Of a stretch of 64,000 nucleotides of DNA, positions 38,501 through 50,880 are shown in pieces. Source of the stretch: Lama guanicoe (lineage: Eukaryota); contig MU053933.1 in assembly GCA_013239625.1 (NCBI GenBank), positions 932,001-996,000 of the forward strand, written 5' to 3'. The notes beneath the pieces are model-generated. The model was given only the letters and a program-made list of their open reading frames with translations, was not told the DNA's origin and did not search any database. Positions within the stretch are counted from its first letter, which is position 1, and each line of letters starts with the position of its first letter. Position numbers and translations under genes: made by a program.

Positions 38501-41500
38501 TCAGGGACAGGATTCCCTGGGAAGGACGCTGGCGACTTGCCACCATTCAGAACAGAGGGGCCAGAATCATGAAGCCCTTTGAGAACCAAAGAAAAACACG
38601 CAAGCTGAGCAGGAGGCTGCGCCAGGGATGAGCTTCAGGGGAGGAAGACCCGGGGGCGTGGCAGTGTGTTCGTTTGTTCGCAAGATTGTCTCTGGGGGAA
38701 GAAGAAAGAGGCTTTTAATGTAACTTGGGGGCCCAACTACGACCAATGGGAGACGGGTTGGGACTCCTTAAGGGAACAGAACTTAACAAAAGTAGAGCTG
38801 CTGTCTGGACCCGGGGCAAAGGGTGGGGACCACCTGTGGGTGGCTGAGCGGGGACCTCTACAGTCCCTCCAAAGCTGGGATCCTAGGAGCCACGAAGAGG
38901 TTGGATAACAGATTGCGCTTCAGAGCACAGGGGGCCGTGCGAATATCTCAGCGTCACCATGCTGTGAGCAAAGGTCCAAGGATGGGAGAAAAAGAGAGAA
39001 GCACTTACCTCGAGGCTCGGCGCCGTGTTGTGGGGGGCGGGTTCTGAAGCGGCGGCAAAGGCAGCCCTGGGGGCGGGACTGCTCTAGAATCTTGAGAGGC
39101 CTGACCCCGCGGGCCTCGCGCACAACGGGTGCTGGGACGCAGCTGTCGGATGGCACCTACTGCTGCTGGAAGGACAGGAGAGCCGCGTCCCTTGCTGCTG
39201 GCTGGGGCAGCTTGGCGCTTCCAGGGCAGTAGGCAGCTGAGTGCACGGCCCCCCAGGCCCCCGGCTGTCCTGCTCCCCTGAACTGGCCCGCGGGCCCCAT
39301 GCCTCCCCTGTGCAAACAAGGGAATGGGTTTCCTCCAAAGGCCCTGCATTTCCCAGCAACGTCAGACCTCCCCCTCCCCCAGAAAGGGAAGGTCGGGCCT
39401 CACTCTGTGCACAGGGCTGGTCAGGCTAACACTGCCTTCCCTCAGATCTGGGTGTGTGGTGGCCCCTTTTCTCCAAATGCGTCGGGGCAGAGTTGGTGTC
39501 AGAGAGACCCCCACGACCTGAACTTTCTTGACGGGCAAGGAAGCAGATCTCCGTCTCTGCCCTTTGGAAACTGCCCTGAGGAACTTTTTACCTCATCTCT
39601 CTCTTTCTTCATCTCCATCCATCACTGCCCCGCCTTGCCTCCCAGAGCCTCCCAGCCTCTGCCCCAGCTCAGGCACCGGTCCAGGCCATGCAGCCCTGAG
39701 TGAGGGCCTGTAAGGAGCCCCACCTCCCCTCCACCGACGGGCCACGTTCACAATGGCAGGAAAAAGAACGTGAGCAGAGGCCGCGGGAGCCTTGTGCCCA
39801 GACTTCCACGCAGCTGCGGGGGCCCAGGGCCCGGCCTCTCCCAAGGGCCCCACCCTCCTCACTGATCCCCCGAGTCTGACGTTTACGTAAATGCTCCTGG
39901 CCGGTCCTGGTGGGGTGTGCGACGCAGAAATGCCCCCAGGGCTTGCTGTTCTGCTATTTAAATATTAGGGATTCCTGTAAAGGGAAGAGGATTGTGAAAA
40001 CCATGACTTTTCGTGGGAGAGGAGGGTGGGCCCGTCCGCGCCCGGCCCGGACCCTGGGGGCTGCAGACCTTCTTAGGGGCGAGAAACGGCCCCCACAGGG
40101 TCGGCAGGGGAACAGCCGCGGCCTCCCGAACGCAGGGCACACGCGGCCCCCGTCAACGGGAAAGATGTGTGTCTCCCAAATGCCATTTCAGGAAAGTATT
40201 CTTTGCCTCGTCCAGGGAGACAGTCATGCGGAGAGACTGCTCCCCCTTGATGAATGAAACAGTCCACAGCAATGACAAAACCTCTGTGCCTCTTCTTTAT
40301 GATGACAGTGCTGTTTCTTTTGAAAACCATCGCATCATCCATCATTTTTATTTGATTGGAGCAGCTCAAACTCAAACAGGGAGCTTTTCTTAATTATTGG
40401 ATTCGTGAGTTCAGCCGCCAGCCAGGATGCTGTCCTGCCGGCGTGCCCCCGCCAGCTGGGAGCCTGCGCGGGAGGTAACCATTAGAGTCGTGATGGTTAA
40501 TGAACCGGACCCTGTGAGCAGAGCCCAGAGGGGGAGGAGGGGCCCCTGGAGAGGAGGCCGGCCTCCCTGGCCCGAGCCCCCCAGGCACGGCAGGTGGGGG
40601 CCCAGTCTGTGTGCTCCTTGTCCTGTGTCAAGGCTGCCACATCTCCTTTAGACCAAAGGCCACCAGCTCCTTGCCGGAGCCAGGACTGAAAGGGGAGCAC
40701 ACCCCATGTTCTCGGGCAGGAGGGCCTGCGGCAGCCGTGGGTCCCAAGCAGCCTGACGCTCTCCCACAGTTTCCTCCAGTGACAGCAGTGCTCAGCCCCG
40801 AGCCGCTTGGCCTGATGATGGAGAGTGTCCTCCACCTTAAGACAGAGGCACCTGCCGTGGGGAGGTCCACCCTGCTTGGGCCCCTCCATCTCCGCCTCCC
40901 CAGGACCGTAACATGCCTTTCATCACCCAGCACGCTGCCCGGCTGCACCTCTGCTGGCCTCTGGTCCGGCCGGCCTGTCGGGAGGCATACAGCTGCGGGC
41001 AGCGCTGCCTGGCTCCACTGAGCGTGGCTGTCCTGTCCAGTCTTCTGGGCAGGGGTCGTGGCGACCCCAAGCCTCCCTGCTTCCAGCAGCTTCCTTGTCC
41101 TTGGCTCAAGGTGGACGATGAGAGGTGGGCATGAAGATGCGTGGGGTGCCCGCGGCCCGGGTGCTTCTGGTTCTGCCAGTCGGAGTGACAGGTGCCCGCC
41201 TGGAGGGGCGGGGGGCCAGCTGTGCATTGAAGGGTGCCCAGAACTCCAGCAGGGGACAAGCAGCCCTGCCCCGGGGCACACCTGCTCTTGTTCTCTGGGG
41301 TGGGGGCTCCAGCTGCCCGCTACAGACGCCCTCCCTATTTTAGAGGGGTCCCTATGCCTCAAGGCCCGGGAGGCCAGGCCAGAGGGGCCCATCTGTATCT
41401 TGCTACAAGTGCTGCCTCTGCTGGGGTCTCAGAAACTGAACCCACTCCTGCGCCCCATAATGTAAGAGAAGACGGGTCCTGGTTAGTGCCTGCGGCTCGC

Positions 41501-41774
41501 TCTGGCTGAGTCGCAGTTAAAATCTCCGCCTGACGGAGCAAGACAGCTGGAAGGCGCTTCAGCGGCGGAACCCCAGAGCTGCCCCCAGGACACACGCCTC
41601 CGGGAGGGGAGCACGGGGGCCAAAGGCCAGCCACGGCCCAGGGGCAGGTGTGCTGCGGGTGCAGAGCACGCAGCGACGTTTGAAGACCCGGTGGAGACAG
41701 GGAGTGTAGAGAGCTCAGGGACAGTGCTGCCGCTGCGTGTTCTCTTACTGAGACAGAGTCAGCGCCAGAGCCAG

Positions 41775-42200
41775 AATTTTAAGCGCCCACGTCCGCTAGT
41801 TCGCAGTGTATTCTCTTTCTCGGGCAGCCGTCACCTCTGCCTAATGCCAGAGGGTTTCTGTCCCCTGGAAAGTAGCCCGGTCGCGCTCAGCAGCGACTCC
41901 CATCCCCTCCCCCCTCCCCCGGCAACCGCGCGCGTCTGTGTGTGCGCGTCGTGGGCATGTCGTGTAGTGGCATTGTGGCTTTTTGCGCCTGCTTCTTTCG
42001 CTTAGCCTGGTGTCTTCAGTGTCCCCCTGAGTTGCAGCAAAGGTTAGCACTCGTCCCACTGTGTGGAATGGCCTCACTGGGTTTGCCCACATCGGCCCCC
42101 GGGCATTTGGCTGGTTTCTGCTTTTTGGCTCCTGTGACTGGTGCCGCGGTGAACATTTGTGGGCAAACTTTCGTGTGAATGATACACATCGACGTGGGGT
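41775..42200 (-). mobile_element. L1 (L1MB-like) 3' fragment, CpG-enriched
   Basis: CAGTGTATTCTC...CCCTCCCCCGGCAACC...TTCTTTCGCTTAGC...GGGCATTTGGCTGGTTTCTGCTTTTTGGCT...GTGAACATTTGTGGGCAA. Confidence 0.7.
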
Positions 42201-42499
42201 GTCCTGAGACAAGTTGGGTTAAATAAACTATTTAAATTTTTAAAAAGCTGCAGAGCACAGCCCCTTGGGGGAGGGGCTGAGATGAGAGCATGCGTGTGGC
42301 CCAAGGCCCCCACCGCAGGCTCCTCCAGGCGGGACCGACCGCAAGCGCTGAGGGCTGACGCCCCGAGACCCGTCCTCTGGGCCGGACGAGGAGCACCGGA
42401 CAGTCTGGGCTTCCGCACCCAGCGGGGCCGGGGGAGTGGCTCTCCCCTCGTCTTTGCGGGTGCGATGGCCACAAGAAAGCTGGTGACCACCGTAAATAG

Positions 42500-42620
42500 C
42501 AATTTCCCTTCAAAATAGGACTTAGGAAACGTACCCGTGTGGTTCTTAGGAGAATAAATGAAGTAATTTGCGCTTAGCACAGTGCCTGCCACTTGGGGAG
42601 CGCTCGCTAAATGATAGTCA
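42500..42620 (+). mobile_element. MIR 3' fragment
   Basis: AGGAGAATAAATGAAGTAATTTGCGCTTAGCACAGTGCCTGCCAC...GCGCTCGCTAAATG. Confidence 0.65.
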
Positions 42621-43111
42621 TCATTTCCAACGGCCTCGAGGGCACGTTTGAGTCAGGCTGAAGCCCGCTCTCTCTGGAACTGGTGAACTTACCAGGACAG
42701 GCGTGCTCCCTAAGGTCTGAGACGACCCGTGGAGTGCTGGCTTCATTTCCACTTGCAAGTCAAGTGAGTGCTTGAGATTTGAGCACAAATATGTTGCTTC
42801 TGAGCGATGATAAGGCTTCTTAATGATATTGTCTATTTTTAGAGCAGTTTTATTGCCAACATCTTTGTGATCGTAGCCTTAGTCATCTTCGCTTTCATTA
42901 TTTTTAAAACAAAACGGGTGCGGTGTATAAAATTAAAAGCTCCCACTCTCCTGGGAAGTCTCTGAGGGGCTTACTCCACTTCTGTTTTCTTCAGCTTTGT
43001 GGTCACCCTCCCCCTGGGGTGGCCTGGGCAACCACAGCAACCATTAGCGCGTCACTGCCAGGGATGTGGGCAGCAGACCGCAGCCCCGAATACCAAACCT
43101 GCATGCGATGA

Positions 43112-43269
43112 CTACAGAACGCCGTGCAGGCGGTGCATGGAGTCCACGGGTTCCACATCCGCAGATGCGGGGGGCCGACAAAGGGATCTGAGCATCTGCA
43201 GATTTTGGTACCCTCGGTGGGGGCGGTCTTAGAACCACACCCCTGTGCATGTCAAGGACTGACCGCATA
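43112..43269 (+). mobile_element. MER2-like (Tigger group) DNA transposon relic
   Basis: TCCACGGGTTCCACATCCGCAGAT...AGGGATCTGAGCATCTGCAGATTTTGGTACCC...AGAACCACACCCC follows recalled MER2 termini. Confidence 0.7.
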
Positions 43270-43334
43270 GTGAAGACGGTGACATCTGAACGTGACTCCA
43301 AGGAGGCAAACGTTCAAACTCTCCTCTCTGCCTC

Positions 43335-46290
43335 CTAGGCATTTGTGAAAAGCAGGCACCCCACACGTACATCCGGTCTCCTCTAAAAGTGTTCCGTTTG
43401 ATGAACTGAGATAAAAGTGCTCATGCATGTGGCCACCCCCCAGTCAAGACAAAGAACATTTCCTTCGCCGCAGAGCAGTTCCTTGTGCGTCGGTTCAAGT
43501 CAGTTCCCACACACCGTCAGAAACCACTGTCCTGCCTCCCTTGACCACGATTGCTTTTTCCTGTTCTTAGATTTCATGAGAACAGCGTGTGCTCTCTCGT
43601 GCCTGCGTTCTCTCACCCAGGATCATGTCTTTAAGATTCATGCGTGTCGTTTATTCTGTATCGCTGGGTGGTGTTCCGTTTCGTGAGCACTGCACAACTG
43701 GTCCGTTAATTCTCCTGTGAGTGGACACTGGGGGTGATTTCCAGGTCGGGGTTAAGCTGCCGTAAATACTGTGCGGGTCACACTGCAGACGTATCTGTCG
43801 GTTATGTTGGGCAATGCGTGGGGGTGATGTTGCTGCTTCTCATGACACTGGATGTTTATAAGAAACCATCGAACTGTTAGTGGTAGGAACGCACCGTTTT
43901 ACGTTCCCGCCAGTAATTTTGAGTGACCCAGGTGTCACTCATTCTCAGCTTTTTAAATTTTAGACATTCTAATAGGTGTAAAAATTATATTTCATTATGT
44001 TTTAAGTTTGTGCTTCTCGGATAACGTAACTGTTGAGCGTGTCTTCCTGAGCGTATTGGATGCGCAAGGATCTTACTTGGTGAAGTGCCTGTTCCCAGTA
44101 TTTTTCTCATTTTTCAGACTGTTGTGTTCGTTTTTATCACTGGTTTGTGGGAAACTGTATATTCTGGATGTAATTCGTTTGTCAGATGTAAGTACAGCAA
44201 ATATCTTTTCCCAGTTTGTGACACACCTTTTTCATTTTCTTGAAGAGGTCATTTGATGAGCGAAGTTTTTAACTTGATGAAGTTAAGTGAACAAGTTTTT
44301 TTTTGTTGTTTTTTTATGTTTCGTGCTTTTTTGTGTCTTCTTTAAGAACCCTTTCTCTACCCCAAAGTCATAAAGATACATTTTTAGGAAATTGAGGGTT
44401 ATGGCTGTTGTATTTTAATCTGTGATCCATTCCAAATTAACTTTGTGTGTGGTGTGAGGTAGGGGTTGGCAGTCTTTTTTTCCCCCCAATGCAGGTATCC
44501 AGTTGTTGCAGCCTGCCTTGTTAGAAAGAACTTTTCTTTCTCATTGAACCACTTTGGTACCTTTGTTGAAAATTGATTTTCTTTGTGTGCCTCAGTCCCT
44601 TTCTGGGTTCCCTCCTTTGGTTCATTGACCTGTTTGTCCTCACACCAAGACCATGCTGGCTTAATTCCTAGGGCTTGGAATCGGGGAGTCTTACGTGTTT
44701 GTACTTTTTTCCTGTTTTGGGTCCTTTTATTATTTATTATTATATGAGTCCTTTTCTTCTTCCTACAGATTTTAGAATAAAGAGTCAACTTGTCCATTTC
44801 TTTCAAAAAGACTTCTATGGCTTGGACTGGGGTTGCAGTCAGTGTACAGATTCATTTGGAAACAGTAAGCTCTTAACGATACTGAGTCTTCCAGCCACGA
44901 GCACGATACCCCCCTGCACTCACAGTGCTGAGCTCTCAGGATAGGGACCCTGCGTGTCTTTTGTTAAGTCTGTTCCTCAGCATTTTCTGTTTCCTAGTGG
45001 TGTTGTCAGTGGGCTCTTTTAATTGTCCATTTGTTTGCCGCTCGTTTATAAAAATACAACAGGTATTTGTGCATGGACATAGCAGCTTGTGACATGGCTT
45101 ACTAATTCATTCATTAGTTCTGGGAGTTACAGAATCTCAGGATTTTCTGTAGAGACAGTCACATCTTCTGATAACAGGCCATTTTGCTTCTTTTGGGGGG
45201 CATAATTAGAATTGTTTGTTTGTTTGATGGAGGGACTGGGGGTTGAGCCCAGGACCTCATGCCTGCTGAGCACACACTCTATCACTGAGCTCTACCCTCC
45301 CCCGCCCACCCGTTTTACCTCTTACATTCCAGTAGGTTTTTATTTCTTTCCCTTGTCTTGCTCTACTGGTTGAACCTGCAATACAATTAAATAAAATTAA
45401 GAGCAGGCATCCTTACCGCCTCCCGCCTTTAGGGGAACTAACTACATGTACCTTTTCACCGATGATCGTGCCGTGAGCTGCAGATTTTTTGTCGATGCCC
45501 TTTATCAGGTTGGGGCTGCCTTCTTCTCTTAGTTTGCTAAGAAATTTTTGTCAAAAGTGTTCTTTGAAAAAGTTTTCTGTAAAGTTTTATCAGATGTTCT
45601 TTGTGCATCTATTGAGACAGATTGAAGAAGTTTCCTTTTATTCCTAGTTTTCTAATTTTTTTATCATAAATAGGTGTTAGATTTTTGTCACATGTTTTTT
45701 CTGCATCTGCTGGGATAATCATGTGATTTTTCTCCTTTTTTGTTAAGATAGTGAATTATGCTGCCTGATTTTCAAATGTAAAATAACTTTGCCTTCCTGA
45801 GATATACTTGGGAATAAATTTAACAGGACCTCTACCCTGATGTAAGATGTGTTCCCCTCTTATATGTTGCTAGGTTTATTTCCTAATAATATGTTAAGGA
45901 TTTTTGTGTCCATGCGCCTATGGAATGTTGGCTTGTAACTTTTTTCTTGGAATGTTATTGTCATGTTTTGCTAGTGGGGTTATGGTGGCCTTATAAAACA
46001 TACTGGAAGGCTTCTTTTCTTCTCTGTTTTCTGGAAGACTCTGTGTAGCTCTGGCATTATTTCTTCCTGCATCTGTTCACGTGTAATGTGTTTATTGCTA
46101 TGCTTGAGGTTAGGTCTGCCACGTTGCCCTTTGGTTTTTCTTGGGTTTGGTCTCCAGCTCCTCCTCTTCTGCCTTCTCTTGGGTTAACTGGATCCATTTT
46201 TGTGTTCTATTTTGTTCCTTCTGTTGGCTCTTTATTTGCACTTTGCAGCATTACTCTTAGTGGGCTGTTCAAGGTATTTCACTGTGCACC
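43335..46290 (-). mobile_element. Decayed ancient L1 (3' UTR and ORF2)
   Basis: Antisense L1 motifs (GCAAATATCTTTTCCCAGTTTGTG, TCCATTCCAAATTAACTTTGTG, TTTAGAATAAG...TTGTCCATTTCT, GATGCCCTTTATCAGGTTG). Confidence 0.8.
45191..45303 (-). mobile_element. tRNA-derived SINE (Vic-1-like)
   Basis: GGGGGTTGAGCCCAGGACCTCATGCCTGCTGAGCACACACTCTATCACTGAGCTCTACCCTCCCCC. Confidence 0.9.
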
Positions 46291-46299
46291 CGCAACCTT

Positions 46300-47288
46300 T
46301 TTAAAGTTATAGACTTTATTTTTTAGAGCAGTTTTAGGTTTACAGCAAAACTGAGTGAAAAGCACAGAGAGTTCCCACATGTTCCCTCCCCACACACGCA
46401 GCTTCTCCCACCATCCACATCCTCCATTTGAGATTTACGTTGGTTTGTCAGCAAACCAACACGGACGCATCGTTATCAAGCAAAGTCCATAGTTTATTTA
46501 CATCAGGGTTCACTCTCCGTGTTATACAGTCTGTGGGTTTTGACAGATGCATGATGATTTGTGTCCACCACCACAGGGTTGTCCGGAGGAGAAGGTTCTC
46601 TGCCCTAAAAAATCCTCTGAGCTCCACCTTTCCATCCATCCCTCTCGCCCAACCCCCGCAACCACAGATCTTTTTCACTGTCTCCACAGTTTTGCCTTTT
46701 CCAGAAAGTCCAAAGTTGGAATCACATAGTGGGTAGCGTTTTCAGATTGGTCTCCTTCGCTGAGTTAGATGCACTGCAGTTTCCTCTGCGCCTTTTTGTG
46801 GCTTCACAGCTCTCTTCCTTTGGTGCTGATTAGTATTGCACTGCATGAACGTGCGGTAGCTTATCCCTCACCTATTGCAGGACGTCTTGGGTGTTTCAGC
46901 GTTTGGGCGATTGTGACCAAAGCTGCTGTGAGCATTTGTGTGAAGGTTCTGTGTGGACATAACTTTTCAACTTCTTTGGGTAAATACCCGGGAGTGCAAT
47001 TGCTGGACTGTACACTTAATTTTTTTAAAACCCACGGAACTATCTTCCAAACTGGCTGCAGCATTTTGTGTTCCCACCAGCACTGAGCGAGAGCCCCTGG
47101 TGCTCCCCGTCCTCACCAGCGTTTGGTGGCGTCGGGGTTTGGGGGTTTTGCCGTTCCGACAGGTGGGCGGTGGTATCTCGTTGCTGCCTTAATTCGCGTT
47201 TCCCTAGGAAGAGTAAGCATCTTTTCGGATGTTTATTTGCCGTATCTTCTTTTCTTGAAGTGCCTTTCTGGATCACCGGCCCACTTTT
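46300..47288 (-). mobile_element. L1MC-like 3' end inserted in older L1
   Basis: AGACTTTATTTTTTAGAGCAGTTTTAGGTTTACAGCAAAACTGAG... start. ORF 46861..47064(-) gives an L1 ORF2-like remnant PVWKIV...RTFTQMLTAALVTIAQTLKHP. Confidence 0.85.
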
Positions 47289-47379
47289 CAGTCATCCTTA
47301 CCTTCTTAGTCTATTACAGGTAATATCGTGCCACTTCGCATAAGCAGCAAGGCCCCTGCGGCAGTAGAGCCCCTCCCCC

Positions 47380-48200
47380 GCAACCTCCGCGCTCTTGCTG
47401 CCGCGCACGCTACGTCTGGGCTAGACACGGGGTGTCGGGTCCCCCCCGAGTTCGAATGTTGACATCCTAACCAGCCGTGTGGTGGCACTTCGGGCGGTGA
47501 GCCAGGGAGGGGACTGACGCCCTTGTAAAAGAGGCCGCAGAGCAGCCCTCAGCCCCCTGCTCTGCAAAGACGGTGACAGGACGGCCATCTCTGGCCGGGA
47601 AGCGGCCCTCGCCCGACGCCGCCTGCTGGCGCCGCCGCCTCCGGCCCGCGGCCCCGCGGCCCCGCGGCCAGGCCCGCCGGCGGCGTCGGGCGAGGGCCGC
47701 ACGCTGCGCGGCGCGGCACCGTCGCCTCCGCTTGGAACCCAGCTGCCTCTTGAAGAAATTACGAAAAGAAACTTCCAGATCAGGTTTTGGAGTTCCCCGC
47801 CTGTTCGCGGTTTCCGGTGCTTTTTCACTTTTCCCCGAAGATGCCAACTCCCGAGTGGCGTGTTGTCCCTCCAGCCGGAAGAACTTCTTTCCTTCGGCCG
47901 CTTCTTAAAGCGCCGAACTGCTGCTGCTCCTGCGTCAGCTTGTTGCGTCTCTGAACTTGTCTTTACCTTGCCTTCATTCTGAAGTACGGTTTTTTAGGGT
48001 GCAGACGCCGCCTTCAGAGTTTGATATTTTTCCCCATCGTTTCTGATGAGGAGTCGGCTTTTGCTTTATCACCGTTCCCCGGCAAGGAACGTGTCTCTCC
48101 CCCGCCTCGGACGCTTTCGAGGTGTTTCCCTTGGTTCCTGGGCCGCAGCACTTCGGCCGCGCCGCGGCTTCTTTCTGTCGCCCTGCGTGCTGCTCCTCGC
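47380..48200. promoter_or_regulatory. Intronic CpG island-like segment
   Basis: About 24 CpGs hand-counted in 47581-47700 and three tandem CCGCGG motifs; CpG density stays raised to about 48200. Function not shown. Confidence 0.65.
47420..47720 (+). mobile_element. MLT1A-type solo LTR, strongly GC/CpG-enriched
   Basis: GTCCCCCCCGAGTTCGAATGTTGACATCCTAACC...GCCCTTGTAAAAGAGGCCGCAGAG...GACGGCCATCT...GGAAGCGGCCCTCGCCCGACGCCG...CTGCTGGCGCC tracks the recalled MLT1A0 consensus in order. Confidence 0.75.
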
Positions 48201-48470
48201 TGAGCTTCCGGGCTGCATACATTTGTTCTCACCAAACCTGTCGTTTCCTGCTGCTGCTGCTGCATTTAATGTGTTTTGTGCGCCATTCTGCCTCCTTTCT
48301 CCCTGAGAACAAGCACGTGTATGTTAGAAGTTTGCTGTTGTCCCTCCAGTGGCTGGCTCTGCTGTTTTTTCTTTATCCTTTTTTCTTTCTGCTCCTCAGA
48401 TTGGGTAATTTCTAATGATCTGTCCTCAGTTTCCAAGTTGCTGTAAGCCCAGCCATGAATTTTTTTATTT
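47720..48470 (-). mobile_element. Ancient L1 ORF1-region remnant
   Basis: CCAGCCGGAAGAACTTC...TGTCTTTACCTTGCCTTCATTCTGAAG...TTTCTGATGAGGAGTCGGCT matches recalled antisense L1M ORF1 motifs. Confidence 0.7.
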
Positions 48471-48475
48471 CAGAT

Positions 48476-48976
48476 TTTTTTTTGGTATGTGTATATTTTT
48501 ATTGAAGTATAGTCAGTTTACAATGTTGTGTCAATTCTGGTGCACAGCACGGTGCTTCAGTCATACATGAACATGCATATATTCCTTTGCATATACTGTT
48601 TCACCGTAAGTTACAACAAGATATTGAATATGGTTCCCTGTGCTGTACAGTATGCACTTGTTGTTTGTCTATTTTATATTTAGTAGTTAGTATCTGCAAA
48701 TCTCGAACTCCCAATTTATCCCTTCCCACCCCCTTAACCCCCCACCGGTAACTGTAAGTTTGTTTTCTATGTCTGTGAGTCTGTTTCTGTTTTGTAAATA
48801 AGTTCATTGTGTCTTTTTTTTTTTATATTCCACATATAAGCGATCTCATATGGTATTTTTCTTTCTCTTTCTGGCTGACTTCACTTAGATTGACGATCTC
48901 CAAGTCCATCCATGTTGCTGCAAATGACATTATTTTGTTATTTTTTATGGCTGAGTAGTAGTCCATTGTATAAATG
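48476..48976 (-). mobile_element. Young 5'-truncated L1 3' end
   Basis: ATTGAAGTATAGTCAGTTTACAATGTTGTG...TCCATCCATGTTGCTGCAAATG...ATGGCTGAGTAGTA; TSD TATTTCAGAT at 48466-48475 and 48977-48986. Confidence 0.92.
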
Positions 48977-50721
48977 TATTTCAGATGTGTTTTTAAGTTC
49001 AATAATTTTATTCTAATACTATTTGTAGTTTTCTCTTTTAAGATGCTCCGTCTGGTTTCTACTTACTAGCATCTTTCTCTTTAGTTTTTGGACCTACTTA
49101 TAATTGCTGCATGAAAGGCTTGTTCTGCTTATTTCAACCTCTGTGTCATCTAGGATTTTTTATTTTTAATTTACCTTGGGCAGCCTCTCCAGCTGTGCAC
49201 CGTGTTGACTTCCACAGAGGGAGTGAAACCCTTGGTTTGCAAAAGAAGGCTCAGTCTCTGATAGACTTTCGCAAGCGTCCTCCTGTCGTTTGTATCGTAA
49301 CTGATCATCTTATTGGATAGGAATTGACCGTGACAGAATTCTCCCTGACGCCGGTCTGGTGGGGCATCTGACACCCTGCCAAAGCCCAGATGCGTGAACC
49401 AGGGTTGACTCCCTTTGGCTTCACCATAATTAAACTTTCCCACAAGGCGTCCCGTTGCTGAGACAGACGAGGTTACCGCGCCGTGGACAAAGTCCCACCA
49501 GCACGTGCAGTCGGTCAGCTGCCCGTTCTCAAATTCAGATTCCCCTGAGGGCATCCTCAAGAGCCTGTCGCACCCACGTCCTCCTCCCTCAATAGGGCAC
49601 GGCCCCTCTCACCCCATGGAGGTGGGGCGGTTCTCAGGGAGGAGGCCCTCGTGCAGAAGATCTTTGCCCTGAGAGGTCAGTGCAATACTGCCCACCTTTG
49701 CAGCCCAGTGTGGGAACACGCCTGAGGTCAGCAGGATGGGTCTGGCCATGTCCTGACAAGGCTTTTTCTCCACATCAGCAGCCACTTTGGTCCTTAGGGG
49801 GCCCACATGGTCGACCTCTGCAGACCACCCAAAGCAGTGCCGAAAACCTAGTAAAGATGGTCGTGGTTGTTGCAATCTCTAAAATAATTAAGAAGAATTG
49901 CATTGCTAGCTGTCGAAGGCACTTGCTCAGAGGCATTTTTCCCCAGAACCAAGCCCAGGGAGGTGAGGGAGGGTGTAGGGAGGATCTGTATCCAAACATC
50001 TGAGATCAAACCCAGCCACGCAGAGCACGAACCCCAGCTCCAAAGCGAAGGAGGGAAGAAACAACCCAGTTCCTGCCTCCGCGGCACCGTGAATCTGCAG
50101 CGACCCTGCAAGTCCTCAGCCCAGACAGTTACGAGCCACTCCCCAGATGTCAGACGTGGTCACCGGGCCGTTCCGTGCACTTTGCTTTCTTTGTCACAGC
50201 GGAATGTCTGACAGGAGGCAAAAGCATCTAGCCAGAGTCACACTGCAAGTCAGCCGGGTGTGACTTCTCGGAAGCACAGGCCATGGAGAGGGCGCCTGTG
50301 CCTTTAAGGAGCGACGCCAGGCCGCTGCTCGTCACACCATTGTACTGTGCCCCCATCAGTAGGAAATGGCCTCCTCCTGCACGTCTGATTATGACGGCCA
50401 TAAACGGTGAATTGCGGGGACTGTGCCCTGGGCTAGAACATCCTCGGCTCGAGGTGCCAGCAGAGCAAAAGTGAAGCAAAGGTGAGCCCCGCCTTCCCTG
50501 GAGGGGGGCAGGGCACCCTGAGAAGGAGGGGCGGGAGGGGAGGGGACTCCCCTCCCCTCCCGCCCCTCCCTACACAGAGCCTTGGAAACAAATGCACCCT
50601 CGGTGTTCGGGGCCTCAGAGTGTCTCTTTGGGCCCAAGTACCGTGGGTTATTTTCCCTGCTGCAAAGCAGGACACCCCTTTCTGAAGGGATATCCATGTT
50701 TTTAAAAAATGCTTTGTGTGC

Positions 50722-50880
50722 GGGAGGGTAGAGCTCAGTGGCGGAGCGCGTGCTGAGCAGGCACGAGGTCCTGGGCTCAGGGCCGCCAGTGAAAAATAAA
50801 TAAGTAAATAGACCCAACTACCTACCTAACCCCCCCACACACAAAGGAAAACACACAAACAAACAAAGAGTAATGAAAAA
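50722..50880 (+). mobile_element. tRNA-derived SINE (Vic-1-like), diverged
   Basis: GGGAGGGTAGAGCTCAGTGGCGGAGCGCGTGCTGAGCAGGCACGAGGTCCTGGGCTCAG plus A-rich tail. Confidence 0.85.

Noticed and set aside
47421..47908. Arg/Ala/Gly-rich ORFs in the CpG island as the first exon of a nested gene or retrogene
   Set aside because: The underlying DNA tracks MLT1A and L1 consensus; the ORFs reflect loss of AT-rich stop codons and resemble no protein I recognise.
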